From: Eledone cirrhosa
Lineage: Eukaryota
Direction: 5' to 3'
Assembly (NCBI GenBank): GCA_964016885.1
Contig: OZ024754.1
Location: 39,618,001 to 39,682,000 of the forward strand
Length of the DNA stretch: 64,000 nt
Under the pieces are notes generated by a model that was not told where the DNA came from, did not search any database, and worked only from the letters and a program-made list of their open reading frames with translations. This document shows, in pieces, positions 25,620 through 40,500 of this stretch (position 1 is its first letter; each line of letters starts with the position of its first letter). The position numbers and the translations under genes were made by a program.

Positions 25620-27395
25620 ATTATTTTGTCTGACAAATGAACTGGATGGGAGCGATTTCCTATTTTACTTGTTGACCCTTGTTGACTTGACTAAATTTCG
25701 ATTGTTGTGTTTAGCCATAGGTTAGTTCTGATCCTAGAGACCTATAGACATTCTAGCCATTTGCATTACTCTATATTTACTATTGTATTTTCATGGTAAA
25801 AGGCTTTATCTCAAATAATATCAAATCTGAGATTTTGATACTATTTATTTTGAGAACAATACCATAACCTACAAAATCAGAAAACAGAACAGCTCCCATG
25901 ACTTTCGTAAACATTTTTTCACGCTCAGAGTTGCTGAAGCATGGAACAAACTGCCTGCGTCAGTTGTTAGCTGCCAAGACACTGCATCCTTTAAGAAACT
26001 CATGCTTCCCGAAATACACCAAAACTACACCTGATGTACCCCTTCCATACACATGCACACATGTGTGTATCATGACTCATGCACTGTTCCTTTTCCTGAT
26101 GTTTGTACATTACCCTATGTACTATACATACACTTTTTGATGAGTTGTAGTGCACCTGAGCACTGTACACAATATTTCATTATTATTATTATAACACCAT
26201 TATGAGTGGATGGTTATGACCGGTTTGAACAGAAAAAGGTGAGAGAATTCTGGCTTGATACAGCCGGTTTAAATGCTAAAGAGTTAAACAGTGTGTCTAA
26301 ATCAACATCATCCAACATGACCTTGTTCTTTTAAGAAGTTTGAATGTAGTTTAAGAGAGTTTAGTTGATAATTCTAGCAGTTTGAGTGACCACATATATC
26401 ACCAGTTCTAAAAATGTTTACCATTCTCCCACCATCATCATCATCGTTTAACGTCCATCTTCCACGCTTGCATGGGTTTGGACGGGAATTTTCCCACTTG
26501 AGGCAAGATTGGTTGTCTTGCTCGTATAGGACTGTCTGGCGAGTTTTCTATGGCTGGATGCCCTTCCTAACACCAACCACGTTTGCCCACCATATCTACA
26601 TATATTCCAATAGTGCAACACATTTATTCCTCAGCTTTTGATTTAATACAAATTTACACCTGGTAAAGGGGTACTGCTGGTGCCATGATAAAATGCACAC
26701 AACACACTCTGCAAAGTGGTAGAGCTGGTGCCAAAATATCATATACCTAGTACACACTGCAAATGGTCATGTTGGTATCACAATAAATGTACTCAATTTA
26801 CTCTGTAAAATGGTAGAGTTGGGGTGTTACAATATAATGCACCTAGAACAGTCTATAGTGGTAGAGCTGGAGCCACAATAAAATGCACCCAGTACACTTT
26901 GCGATGTGGTAATACTGGTGCTATGGTGAAATGTGCTCTGCAGAGCACATTTGGTGTGTGTTAGGAAGGGCATCCAGCTATGGAAACACTACTAAAATAT
27001 GAAATAATCATCTCTACCCAGGCTTTCCTCGGTCTTCTCCCACTGGTGTCTTCTTGACTCAGCATTCCATGACCATATCAGCACGTCTTCTGATTTGTAT
27101 ACAACCTCGGATTCCTCTTATATCTAGTTTTTCTCTCAGATCATCCATGCACATTACACATCCAATGGAGTATGTTCACTATATTTCTCTCTAGCCTCTA
27201 CATTCTCTACCATGTCTCACAGCCAATCATGCAATGTTTCACTTCTCATGCAGACATCATGTATTTTACCCTTCACTAGGAGAAAATCCCATTGTTGTCC
27301 TCACTAGGGATAGTAGCTCTCTGCACTTTTTCCAACCTGTTCTTATTCTAGCTTCGTCTTTTGCTAGAATGGAATGGACCTCTGTAGGTTTAGAC

Positions 27396-27550
27396 CAGGC
27401 ATGGGCAACCTTTTTCAAGCCATGGGCCATAAAGGATATGGCTCATTATAAAGCAGGCCATATTACTAAAATAAATACAAGGCAATTTTTAAATGAGGCA
27501 TGCTATTCAGAAAGCCATGAGGCTCACAGGTTGCAGTTTTCCCACGACTG
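27396..27550. mobile_element. hAT-type MITE with 8-bp TSD
   Basis: CAG...CTG termini, imperfect TIR, exact flanking duplication GTTTAGAC (27388-95 and 27551-58). Confidence 0.7.
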
Positions 27551-28102
27551 GTTTAGACAATGAGTGTCTCAGTTGTTTGATCAACAGAGCTGCCTGACCA
27601 TGCAGGGCACTTTTTTTTATGGTAATTCCCGTTTGGATTTTTAGAGGGGTTGGCAGGTCTGTTAATTTCACTCACAAGGTTTCTGTTAACTCAGAGCTAT
27701 GATAAACCAAACTTGCCCAAGATGCCATGCAGCGAGATTGAGCCTGAGATCTAATGATTACGAAGTCAATCTTTTAATCATTTGGCCATGCTGCCTCCAC
27801 AGTCAAGTACTGGGATCGATTTAATCGACTTTCCCCTCGTCCCCACAAGTACCGGCCTTGAGCCTAAAGTAGAAATTATTAATTCCATGTTGTCAGGGTA
27901 TACTAAAATAGGATTTAACCGAAAATCTGATTGGAATAATAATTCTTTCTTTATTGACCACAAGGGCCTACATATAGAGGACAATGCAAACAGACAGGGA
28001 CAGTTGGAATAATAACCAATCTGACCATCAAAACAATCGGAAATTATTCGGTTTGTAGTCAACTTGGGAAGATAGGAGGGGGTTGACACTCGCTGATTTC
28101 TT

Positions 28103-28409
28103 TACACTTACACCCGTCTCGCTTTACATTGTGAAATTTGTTTTCCTCAGAGATTTTGATGTTTTGAACCTATTTGGCCTTCAAAATCGTTAATGGGGTG
28201 GAGTGATCTTGGGAATTCTCGCGTTTGGAGGTTAATTTTATATTTTTCCTCTTGTTTTTATCGTGTTTAAATGAATATGCATTTTTCAGTTAACTATAGA
28301 AAAAGAACCCACAATCTCCGACGATTTTGGGGCTCAGATTCGTTAAAAACATACCGAAAACCACAAGAAAAACAAATTTCATATCCAACGTGAGACGGGT
28401 GTAATTGTA
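28103..28409. mobile_element. Unclassified MITE with about 18-bp TIRs
   Basis: TACACTTACACCCGTCTC ... GAGACGGGTGTAATTGTA. Confidence 0.5.
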
Positions 28410-31400
28410 AAAAATAACTAAATAATATGCACTACCAGACATGGTTATGTAGTAAAGAAGTTAGCTTCTTAAATATGTAGTTCACACTTCTATCCTATAG
28501 GGTCGAGCCACAGCCTTGAGTGGGCTAAAATCTTCAGTAGAGACGGAAACTGTGTAGATTTAATTAATCCAATCCCTAATCTAACACTAAAACCTGAACT
28601 TTTAGCCTAGTAGAATTTGTTGTAGGTATTATGGGCCAGATCTTTGTCTGGGGGATAATTTCCTTTCTCCTTACGCACGAGTTTATCGGGATTGAAAAGA
28701 ATCATAGGCGTTGTCCTTCCTTCTCTAGCTAAACCATGAACAAATTAATAATTATGTGGTATATTAGAAGAAACGGTTGATATGAATGCTCGTTTCTGTT
28801 AAAATTAATGTTTTATTTGTTATATCGGATGCAGAATTGGGGTAGATGGTTATAAAAAGCACCCGGAACATAAATAAAGTGACCTCAACAAAGGATTAAA
28901 TGTAGGTCGTGGAATCCCAACACGAAACATGTAAATATGACATAGTTATCAGCAGTTTGCAGTTTTCGTTGTTATTTTAGCCCCAGAACTATTACACCTG
29001 CTATCAAAAGCCGTCTCATCTAAATATCAGAAATTACATTCTCTGACGTATGCATCTGTATTTATTACGATATTGTGTGATTTGAAGGACGTTTAGCTGC
29101 TATTTCAAACAATTTAAACGACCGTATAAAGGCTTCCACACGGTTTGAGTTTTCGTTTGAAACACGTCATAAAAGTGTGGAAGAATCTCTGATATATTTA
29201 CTTCCAGGATGCTATAAGCAATAATTGTGTCCTTCCTTATTTGTAGGGAAAACTTTCAATACGATAGTTAGTATAGTAAAATAGTAGCAGCCGAGGAAAC
29301 TAGGGTTAGTGTGCGTCGGCAAAAAATAATACAAATAGTTTAAAAAGTGGAATGCCTTTTCATCCCTCCATGGACGAAAGTTTACATAGATACATTTTCC
29401 AAGATGTAGAATACGATTATATTGATAAAAGTGAAATAAAAAAGTTAATTATCTTTTTCAAATATTTTCATTGTTGTATATAATTGTATTCGTTGGTGCT
29501 TTTATTTATAGAATACTTTCGATTTGTGATTGTAACAAGTTAAGCATAAACTTAGTCATTTGTTCATCATGTCTTCTAATTTTATATCAATTAATAATTG
29601 CTTCTACTTTTGGTACAAGGCCATCAATAACCTAGTTCATTACTGGTACTTTATTTTATCGACCCGGTAAGGATGAATTAATAATATCAATCAGGATAAT
29701 GTCAGATTTTATAGTGGAACGTAATGACATTTCTACAAGTATGGATTTATGGATTGTAGAAAAAAAAATAATTTCATCGCCACAATCGTAATCTACATCA
29801 CGGAAAATGACGAATATGTATTATTTATGAAGTTATGAGGAAACAAAGTCTAGGGTAGGTCAGCATTAAACTGGACTTATATCGATAAAATAAAATACCA
29901 GTCAAATAGTGAGGTGCGCATTTAATAAAATATATTCTTCCTCAAAGGTGTGTGACTTTGGAATTTATGTTAGAAATCAATAACAACGACAATAAGAAAC
30001 TATTCGGTGCTGTATAAACTTTAAAAAAGAAAAAAAGATGATTTCTTAGTATAAAATTGAATTTTATGATGGAATATTAATGCTGGATAAGTACTAATAT
30101 CAGACAGATGTTTCAAAATAGTTGATTAACACTGCATATAAAAAAGGTGAACGGGGAAAAAAGTCACACTTTTTAATTTTTTAAAAATGTTTAAACAACA
30201 ATTTATGTGTTTTTAGTGTTGTTTTCTCCTTTATTATCTATAAAAGTTTTCATTGTTTTAAATAAATTAACTTTTTTATGTTATTTAAATGTGACTTTTC
30301 TTCTACGATTCAGAAAATGGGGTTAATTAAAATTTGATAATTATCGCTCGCCAGGTTACACAAATGATTCAGCTATTTATAAAGGAGAATAGATAGACAT
30401 ATATTTAGACATGAATTGAATTGATTCGCAACCACATGGGTCCGGCTTCTATCGCACTGCGCGGCATCTTGAACAAGTATATATTTTTTTATCAAAGCTA
30501 CAGGTAGACTTAAATGGAATTGTGTAGACGGAAACAGCGGGGAAGCCCATTGGATGGACTGTAGCTATATCCATATTTCAAAGAGTCAGCTTTGTGTTAC
30601 ACTTGTTGACATTGATTGTATAGACTGGAATAGCGTGGAAGCCCATATAAACTGTAGCTATATCTATTAGTCATCTTTTGCTCTGGGCACCTAGCCGCGG
30701 TCAGAGGAAGGTTGGCCGACTGGCTTTAATTTACATTGATCAACTATGTAGAGACAGGATGCTCTCCTAAAGACCTCCCAACACTTGTGATGGATGACGT
30801 GCTAGGCTCATTAATGTCCGAGCAAGCTCGACCTGATATCTATAATTCGAACTTGTCGCACAGGCAGATGCTGATCTTCCTTTAAAATTACCTTGTGATT
30901 GGTTCCATTCACCTAACAACAGGAAAAGTTCATAATCGAAATAATTTAGTTTTAAATAAAAACACTTTAACAATTTAAAATAATAATTACACACGATACA
31001 TTACTAATTCTATATTCAATTGAATGTATGTATAAAGTGTTTTTCTTGAATATATATATATTTACATATTCAGTGTTTATATAAATTTATAGAAACTAAT
31101 TTTAAAAAACCCAAAAGAAATCTAGATTAAAATTCGGGGATGGGTGACTATTTATGGTCATATTTAAATGAAAATCTTCGGCAGTCCTTCCAAAATTCTT
31201 ATGAATCTGATGTTTGGAACAAAACTTTAAATTTCTTAAACACTTTCCAATGAAAAGTTTTAATCAAAATTAATTAACAATTTTGGAGGGATTAACTAAG
31301 ATTATTTCATTATTAAGGTTGTATTTCCGGATTTGAGCCTGTGATAGAAACCATTATTAAGTTGGCAATTATAATATAACCTAACAAAAGTATCTATATA

Positions 31401-34305
31401 TTATGGTGGAAGATTTTGATTTAAATATTAACCCTTTAAAACGACTGGTTGTGTTACATAAAAATCTGAAGAGAAATTTTTAAAGAAAAGGCGGGAGGGG
31501 AATTAAAAAAAAAAGGCGGGTGAGGATTAAAAAAACCCGCTTTAAGTCCCATAACTCTTGTCGTAAAACTGTTATAATTTACCCTGGAGTCGTATATATA
31601 TAATTATCGTTTAATGTATAATATGCAGACCTTACTGGTGCTGTTACGAAATCGTCAGTTCTTCAGGTTATCTCTAAATGTTGATACGTGAAACCAAGTT
31701 TCATTAGAAGGTTGTGTTTCCTTGCAATTTCCGAGACTATGCTATTGATAGTTTACAAGTTCGTAATGAAGCTAACAGCTTAGTATGAAGTAACATATAC
31801 ACCTGCCTTTTGATTCTGTGTGAAAATAAAATACATATATATATAACATTCAACAATGAAAAACTGGCCGTTGTCTTTCTATTATAAAAGTCAATGTCAC
31901 ATGACAACTTGTCAAAAAAAATGAGGGGGTGTCATACTTTTCGCAATTCCTCTAATAAGTGAAGCATATCATAAACGTGATATGTTTGTGGGTTGTGGCT
32001 AGGGTTTCTAATGTTTCTTTGTCTGTTGAAATATTTTCACTACACAGTCAATTAATGTATAAAAGAAAACTTTGCAGTCTATATGAGTTTAAAGAGTTAA
32101 TAAAGGCTGAGTATCCTTCATCTAAAATGCTTGGATTTGGAAATTCGGTATTACTATGACAACTACTGACAATAAACTGGTGCCAATTTAAGCCAGCAAG
32201 TCCCAACAACTACCACATGCCACAATGCTTGGTGGAATGTTTCATTAGAGTATAGGGTTAGGTTTAGGGTTAGCAAAGGATTCTTAACTAGTAAATAGTG
32301 TTAAACAGTAAATGAAGTGTTAATTATTTTCAAATATTCAATATCTGACAAATTTACTGAATTTATCAAAGTTGTATTAACATTAACTACCGTTAGATGG
32401 ATAGACCATTACTGTAACATCTCATGATCCAAGCAAGACCAACTGAGCTTATGGATGTTATGCAACCATCTTGCTTGTGGTCTATTTCTGGGTCTCCTGC
32501 CAGTTGGTTTTGCTTGTAAAATATGTCCAGTGATTCTTTAATTAGACATTGTAACTACATTGCCTGTAATACTGGAGCTGTGATCTTTACTGAAACTTAT
32601 TCTGTTATTGTATATTTTGAGTATTTCAGCTTCCTGTTTGCTCCAGTTGGGCAGGAAAATACAATAGTATATATAGAGTAATGTAAATGCTAAAGGGTTA
32701 AAGTCTGTCCCAAGCCAGGACCTCATCAGGCCGGTACTTATCCTGGTTTCCTCAGTGTTAAACAACTGAAAGTACAAAACTCCCCACTGGACAGGACACC
32801 AATCGAACTCCCAGCTATTCATTTTCAGCTGAGTGTACTGGAGCAACTTGAAATGAAGTGTTTTGTTCAAGAACATAACATGCCACCCTGTTCAGGAATG
32901 GAACTCATAACATTATGATTGTAAGTTCAAAACTCTAGCCAGTAGGCCAGACACCTTCACTAGAGAGCAAGAACACAATTTAATTTTAATTGAAAAAGGA
33001 AAAGAGCCAATCGCCAGAGAGGGAGGGAGAGAGAGGGGGGGTTATGTTCCCATTGGTGATACTGGTAAATAGTAAAGAATACATTAACACATTGAATGTA
33101 GTAAGCCAAGACATTTTAATTAATTAAAATTACAAGAAAATCTTAATGATGGAGACATCCACAAAATATGAACTATATAAAAATAGAATGCAGTAGGGAA
33201 TCTTATTTTTGGTACAAAAGTAACACTTCTCGACATGTTTTGGTGTTAAGCCTCATCAACAAAATAACTGGGGGATAACTACTCAAGGATGCCTGCCGTA
33301 TGGAAAATGAATGGGTGATAACGTAGAGAGCCAAGGCATTCCAATTAATTCTAATCAAGAAAGGCAGGGGAAACAACTCTAGAATTGAAATTAACATAAT
33401 AAATGAAGACATTAAATTCTTGTAGCAAAAGAAATCAACGAGAAGTAAGGTTCTTTTGTCTTTGACACTTTTCCTTTAAAATCATGACTAGAACTTCTAC
33501 ATTTAAGTTACCAGGCAAGAGGTCATGGTGGGTATATTTGCAAAACCTTCACCCCACCCCACTCCAAATTATTACCTAAGGGACGGTGGATTGGCAGTAT
33601 CAGTATCAGACGCCATGCTTTCCAGCATAGTTACGTCCCTTTACGGTCTGAGTTCAAATCCCGCCGAGGCTAACTTTGCTTTTCATCCTTACGGGGTCGA
33701 TAAAATAAAGTACCAGTAATGTACTGGGGTAATTGCTGGCCTTGTGCAAAAAGTAGAAACAATTATTACCTATCTATTGGTTACTACGAAAACACAAACT
33801 TACTATATTTTTACATCATTAATATATTTCTGATGAAAGACAGCCTATGGTTTTTATAACATTTTGAAAATAATAAAAAAATTGAAACGATTTTATAATA
33901 TAACTACTAATTTTTTCATTATTAAGCTAGTGTTTGGAACATAACTTAAAAAAGGTTCTTACATAAATTATAATGAAAGGTTTTTAGATAAATATATATA
34001 CTTTACAATAAACAGATCAGTGTTATAAAAAGAGGATGGATTTAACCCTTTAGCATTTAAACCAGCTGTAACTGGCCACTCATATTGATGTTAAGGTATT
34101 GTTCTCAAAATCTCAGATTCCATATTATGTGAGGTAAAGCCTATACCATGAAAATATAATAGTAAATATAGAGTAATGTAAATGTTAAAGGGTTATGGTA
34201 GTTTGCTATAAATAAATCTTAAGGTATCTAATGATAAATAAATGTTAAGTAATATTCTTATTTTTTCTTTTATCAAATGGAATATTATGTTCCAGCATAT
34301 AAACA

Positions 34306-34502
34306 TTATATTCTGGAATATTTATTGGCATTTATTTGGGGATCAACTTCATCAAAGTCATATGCATATTGAGAGTTCCAATCTCTTTGAAAGACATCTT
34401 CAAGTTGTTGCCGAAAATTGGGTTTTTGTGTATTTGTTGGTCTGACAATTAATCCAAGGCCTGCCGTGGACACAAAGTAATCTCCACTCCAGTTGGATGT
34501 TC
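34306..34502 (-). CDS. PLD3: PLD3-like B terminal exon ([10 protein letters not shown]...NKYSRI*)
   Basis: CAG acceptor, TAA at 34308-34306. Confidence 0.92.
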
Positions 34503-37500
34503 CTGAATAAAAAGATGACAGAGATATATAATAACAATTTCCAAGATGAATTTCTCAGAAAGAAATCTTCTTATTTATATGAAAGAAACGGGAAAAAAAT
34601 AATATGGGTTCTATTTTCATCAAAACTATCTGCAAAATAATATTTCTGCCATTATAATAAACTTTGCTGAATTTCTTTTTAAAGACATAGCTCGGAGATC
34701 AGAGAGTCACTCAAGGTAGAGATGCTACTGTGACAAACCATCCAACCCTTTCTAGCAGGGTAAACAGACATTTAATGATGATGATGATGATGATGGTGAT
34801 GGTGGTGGTGATTATGATGTCAGAGTCCATAATTGTTTGAACTTGTCTTGTCAAAGAAGTAATGGAAAATATCTTTAATATCTTACCAATATAGGCATCA
34901 GTGTCTGTGACCATATATTTGTCATGATTGACACGAGCATAGGGAATCTTTTTCTGTTCAGGAGTAAAACTTGGAACATGAAACATTTTCTGAAATTATA
35001 AAGGAAATAATAATAACAATAATGAAATTATTGTGTACAGTGCTCAGGTGCACTACAACTCATCAAGGGTGCATGTATAGTATATAGAATAATTGTTTTT
35101 ACTTTTGGCACAAGGCCAGCAATTATCTCAGTGTATTACTAGTACTTTATTTTATCGACCCCGTAAGGATGAAAGGCAAAGTTAACCTCGGTGTTAACCT
35201 GTATAGTATATAGAATAATGTACAAATGTCAGGAAAATGTCTGATATTATTTGTCTCAGAATATGTAAGAAATATGAAGTTTATTAGAGATGCTACATAC
35301 CACATGAATGAGCACAGAGAGCTGAAAGAAATGCTGTAAATCATTCTATCCAACATTATCACAACTCTACCAATTTGCTGCCTTATTTTAATAGAAAATT
35401 CTACAATTAAAACTTGTCCAAATTAGAGAAGCTACATACCACTTGAATTTTAACTTTTCCAGCACCATTCAGAGCCACCAAAGAACCAAGATATTTATAT
35501 ATATTGGATTTGGTGTGTTTCCAAAGGCTACACATTATGAAGACTTCAACGCCTTTGTTAAATGACACCTTTCTGAGGGCTTCATCAATAACTGGCCAAT
35601 ATCTGGTTAACAAACAGAAAAAAACAAGAATCACACTTAATATTTTGTATTACAGTGTAGTTTATATGAAGCAATGTGAGATATATAATAAATTATTGTT
35701 TCTACATTTAACACAAGGCCAGTAATTTGAAGAGGAAGGGGAAAGTTGTTTGAATGCTAAAGGGTTAACCCTTTAACATTTGCATTACTCTATATACTCT
35801 TGCTTTGATTGGAAGAGGGCGGATTGGAACTTGTACTGCACTGAGCTACAGCGCCCAAACTGGCATGAGATGTATAACTCTGGAGATGTGAACTCTATAC
35901 TCCAGAGCATCCTGGACTCAATATGGATAGCGTGTGCAGCATCAGTGCCACGGAAGCGGAAAAATAACCACCCCAAAAGTGCAATCTGGGAAACTTCAGC
36001 GGTCCGACTTGCCAGGAAAGAACGTCGGAACGCTGAACGGGAATATAAACTGCATAGATCAGATGCCAACAGAAAAAAGCGGAATAAATCTTCTAACCAT
36101 CTCAAGCAAGTGACAAAGAAGGCAGTGCTTGAATTTGAACAGTGCATCGCAACCAATCCTGACAGTAAGGTGTTCTGGAAATATGTTCATTCAAAGCAGA
36201 GACCTCACTCTCCAGTTGGTCCTCTTCGCAATCCCCACACAAGCCAGATCACTGACGATCCGAAGGAATGCGCAGAACTCATTGCTGAGTGCTATGCAAG
36301 TATTTTTACTGTTGAAAACCAGAATGTACCATCTCCACCATCAAATTCCATAACAACTATGGAATTTACACCTGCAATGTTGCGACGTCACCTTAAGAAT
36401 AAGCGCAACTATGCCTCCCCTGGTCTTGATGGTGTGACATACCTGCTTCTCAAACGTGGCGGGGATTTCCTTTTGCGCCAGCTTTCTTTTTTCTTTCAAT
36501 ACTGTCTCAGCAATGGTGCTACTCCGGAGCAGTGGAAAACTGCCAGTGTCATTCCCCTGTTCAAAAAGGGCAACCGCATGTCACCTGTCAACTATCGTCC
36601 AGTCAGTCTTACTAGCTGTATGGCCAAACTGATGGAATCCTGTGTCAGAGAAACACTTTGGAACTTCTGGAGCTCTCACAGCCTCATCCGGCCCTCACAG
36701 TTTGGATTTATCCCTAACTCCAGCTGCTGTGATCAGCTTATCGAGTTCCTTGAGGACATCACCCGGATCACTGACAGCGGCTCATGGGTGGATGTTGTTT
36801 ACCTTGACTTTGCTAAGGCTTTTAATTCTGTGCCACACAAAAGACTTATGGCAAAACTCTCTGCAATGGGTGTGAGGGATGATCTTTTCGACTGGCTGAA
36901 ATCCTTCATTCTCAGCCGAAAGGAAGTAGTCACGGTTCTAGGACAGCATTCTTCACCATATGAGATGTCATCTGGTGTACCACAGGGATCTGTTCTTGGT
37001 CCTCTTTTGTTTGTGGCATATATTAATGACATAGATGCCAACTTACAGAATGCCACGGTACTAAAATATGCAGATGACATCAAGCTGTACCTTGAAATCA
37101 AAAGGACTGATCCTGAAATTTACAACTCTTTCCTACAATCAGACCTGGACACAATGCAGCAATGGATCACAGACTGGCAACTGAAGCTGGCTGTGGACAA
37201 GTGTACCACCATGCATTTTGGAAGGAAAAATCCAGCGTCCACATACTCCCTCCACAACACTGACATCAAAAAGTCCTCTTGTGAACGTGACCTGGGCATT
37301 ACTGTCAGCAACGATTTGCGTTGGACAAAGCATGTCTCTAAGATTGTCAAGAAGGCCGAGGGTGTCTTGGCATCACTCAGCAAGACCTTTGTTAGCCGCT
37401 CTCCAGCCATCTATTTAAAACTGTATACAGCTATGGTGCGACCACACTTGGAATTCGCATCATCAGTCTGGAACCCCTATCTTGCTCGGAACATTGACCT

Positions 37501-40500
37501 CCTGGAAACTGTTCAGAGACGTGCAACCAAGCGCATACCCTCCATCAGACACCTACCATACTCTGAACGCCTTGCTTCCCTGGGCATGGATTCATTGAAG
37601 CTCCGACGTCTGGCAATGGACTTGGTGAATACCCACAAAGTTTTTAACCATCTCGCCAACTGCAACCCTGAGCGCCTCTTTGATCTCCATGTGTCTAACA
37701 CATGTGGACATGCCTACAAGATAAGAAAACAGCACAGCTCCCATGACTTTCGCAGACACTTTTTCACGCTCAGAGTTGCTGAAGCATGGAACAAACTACC
37801 TGCGTCAATTGTTAGCTGCCGAGACACTGCATCCTTTAAGACACTCATGCTTCCCGAAATACGCCAAAACTACACCTGATGTGCCCCTTCCATACACATG
37901 CACACATGTGTGCACTGTTCATTTTACTGATGTTTGTGCATTGCCCTATGTACTGTACATGCACTTTTTTGATGGGTTGTGGTGCACCTGGGCACTGTGC
38001 ACAATATTTCATTATTGTTATTGTTATTATATCATGACTCATACACTGTTTATTTTCCTGACATTTGTACATTATTCTATGTACTATACATGCACCTTTG
38101 ATGAGTTGTAGTGCACCTGAGCACTGTACACAATAATTTCATTATTATATTATTATATATACTATTGTATTTTCATGGTAAAGGCTTTATCTTATATAAT
38201 TATCTCATAATATCGAATCTATGAGATTTTGATATTATTTATTTTGAGAACAATACCTTAACATCAGTATGAATGGTTGATTATGGCAGGTTTTAACAGA
38301 AAGAGGAGAGAGAATGCTGGCCGGATACGGTCGGTTTAAATGGGATATAACTGTCAAATTTGTATTTATCATTTTTCTAATATTGAGACAATAGCAATAT
38401 TCCTGTAGCTCGGACCCTGATGTTGTTAAGAGATTGTACTCCTCCAATATTTTTTTACTTTCACCAACCTGCTGGTTTTTATCTTTTATCATGTCTCTTT
38501 TGGTCTTCTCTCTCCTCTGAAGGACTGTGTTTTGCTGACACAAAACTGATTTTAGCTAGGTTTCTACGATTGGATGCCGTTCCAAATGCCAAAATATACA
38601 AAAATAAAAGAAACTAAAACAATGATAACAAAAATAAGATCAACATACACATTAGGGTACTGGTATATTAGAGCTGGGGCATAATCCATAACAGTAATGT
38701 GAACAAACTTCTTAGCAGAATAAATAACATCTAATATTGCATCAATATCATCAGTTCTTCCACTTGCACAGAACGGTGGAGGGGAACTCTGCAATTGAAA
38801 GAATTTATGTTAGAAAAGTTAAGAAATAGCATATATTTTGGTTATAAGAAATTTTCCCAACTCCTGGCCTATCTAGGAAGTCAGTAGACCTGCTTCAGTA
38901 CTGACTTTGTCTGTGAAGATCCATCCAACCCTTGCTAGCACAGGGAAAGTGGATATTAAATGATGATGATGATGATTTAGAGAGGAGAGTATTTTGGGGG
39001 GAAAAAATCATAGAAGTAATAATCTGTTTCTGAGGCAAATTATTATTAAAAACTGAATTATAACTTTAAATGGTAATCTAAATAGATTTAGTTATTGATT
39101 TATTCAAAATACACCCAGTACAATCTGTAAAACGGAAGTGTTGCTGCCACAATAAATACTCTCAGTACACTCTGTAAAGTGGTAGAGCTGGTACCACAAT
39201 AAATACCCCCAGAATACTCTGTTCCTAGACTGAATGACAAATTGTGTCCTTGAGCAAGATACATCAATTCATATTTTTTTTGTAACCAATTTTCTATGTT
39301 GACATAAGTAACATATCTGAATATTTGCAATAAGTTCTTTATGATCATCGTTGAACCCTTTAGCATTTATATTACTCTATATATAATATTGTATTTTCAC
39401 AGTAAAGGCTTTACCTCACATAATATCACATATGAGATTTTGATATTATTTATTTTGAGAACAATACCTTGATATCAGTATGAGTAACAAGTTACAGCCA
39501 GTTTGAACAGAAAAAAGTGAGAGAATTATGGCCGGTTTAAATGATAAAGGGTTAATGTCCATTTTCCATGCTGTCATAGGTTGTTATGCTATAAGACAAG
39601 GCAGATCAGATGACTATGTCTTACTCAAATGTTCCATTCTGGTATCATTGTTATGGTTGAATGTCCTTCCTTAGACTCTTAAGAACACTAAATTATAACT
39701 AAACTGTTATTTGTTTTCATGCAGAGTAAACTGAGTTAAGAATGTATTTTGTCCAAAAGTTTAACGCACAAAACCCAAAGGCTGAGTGTATATCCTGCCA
39801 CTTTATATCTTCTTCTTTGCCCTTTTATTCCTGAGAGGGCCGTGGAGGCAGAGTCCTCAAACACTCCTTCCAGTGGGTCCTGTCAGAAGCAATCATCTCC
39901 AACTGATCCGGCTGGTATCCCCAGGTGAGACCAGCCAAGCTCATGGATGTTATCCAACCATCTTGCTTGGGGTCTACCCCAGGGTCTCCTGTCGGTTGGT
40001 TTTGCCTGTAAAGTCTGTCCAGCGATTCTTTCCTGAGACATTCAAACCACATGTCCATATTATCGGAGCTGTGATGATGTCTCAATTCTGAGAAGTAGCG
40101 GCTCTACCTGGAGTGACTCTCTCTCTGATCTCTGAGCTACACTCTACTTTATATATTTAATAAATATATCAGTTTTTTTGCCATTTAATATTGGATATGA
40201 AATAGTTTTTGGTTAAAAATATACTTACTGACAAGTACGTATTATAATTAGTTTCGTTGAAATTCACATTAAGTGGGTTGGTTTTATTGTAATTAGTACT
40301 GTAATGGCTTGGCCATTTATTGGGCAGTTCATCAGCATCACTCAAATACCAATAAACGTCAAATAGTTTTCCCATATCTTGTGAAAGAGAACTACAGTTG
40401 TATACTACAGCACCCATTTCATTTATCTAAAAAATAAAAGACATTGTATATTTTAAAACATTTCTTTAACAAATCTATAAGTAGAAGAAACAGATTAATG

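Noticed and set aside
33825-33875. CTGATGA resembling a hammerhead core
   Set aside because: No convincing stem I, stem II or correctly placed GAAA-UH.
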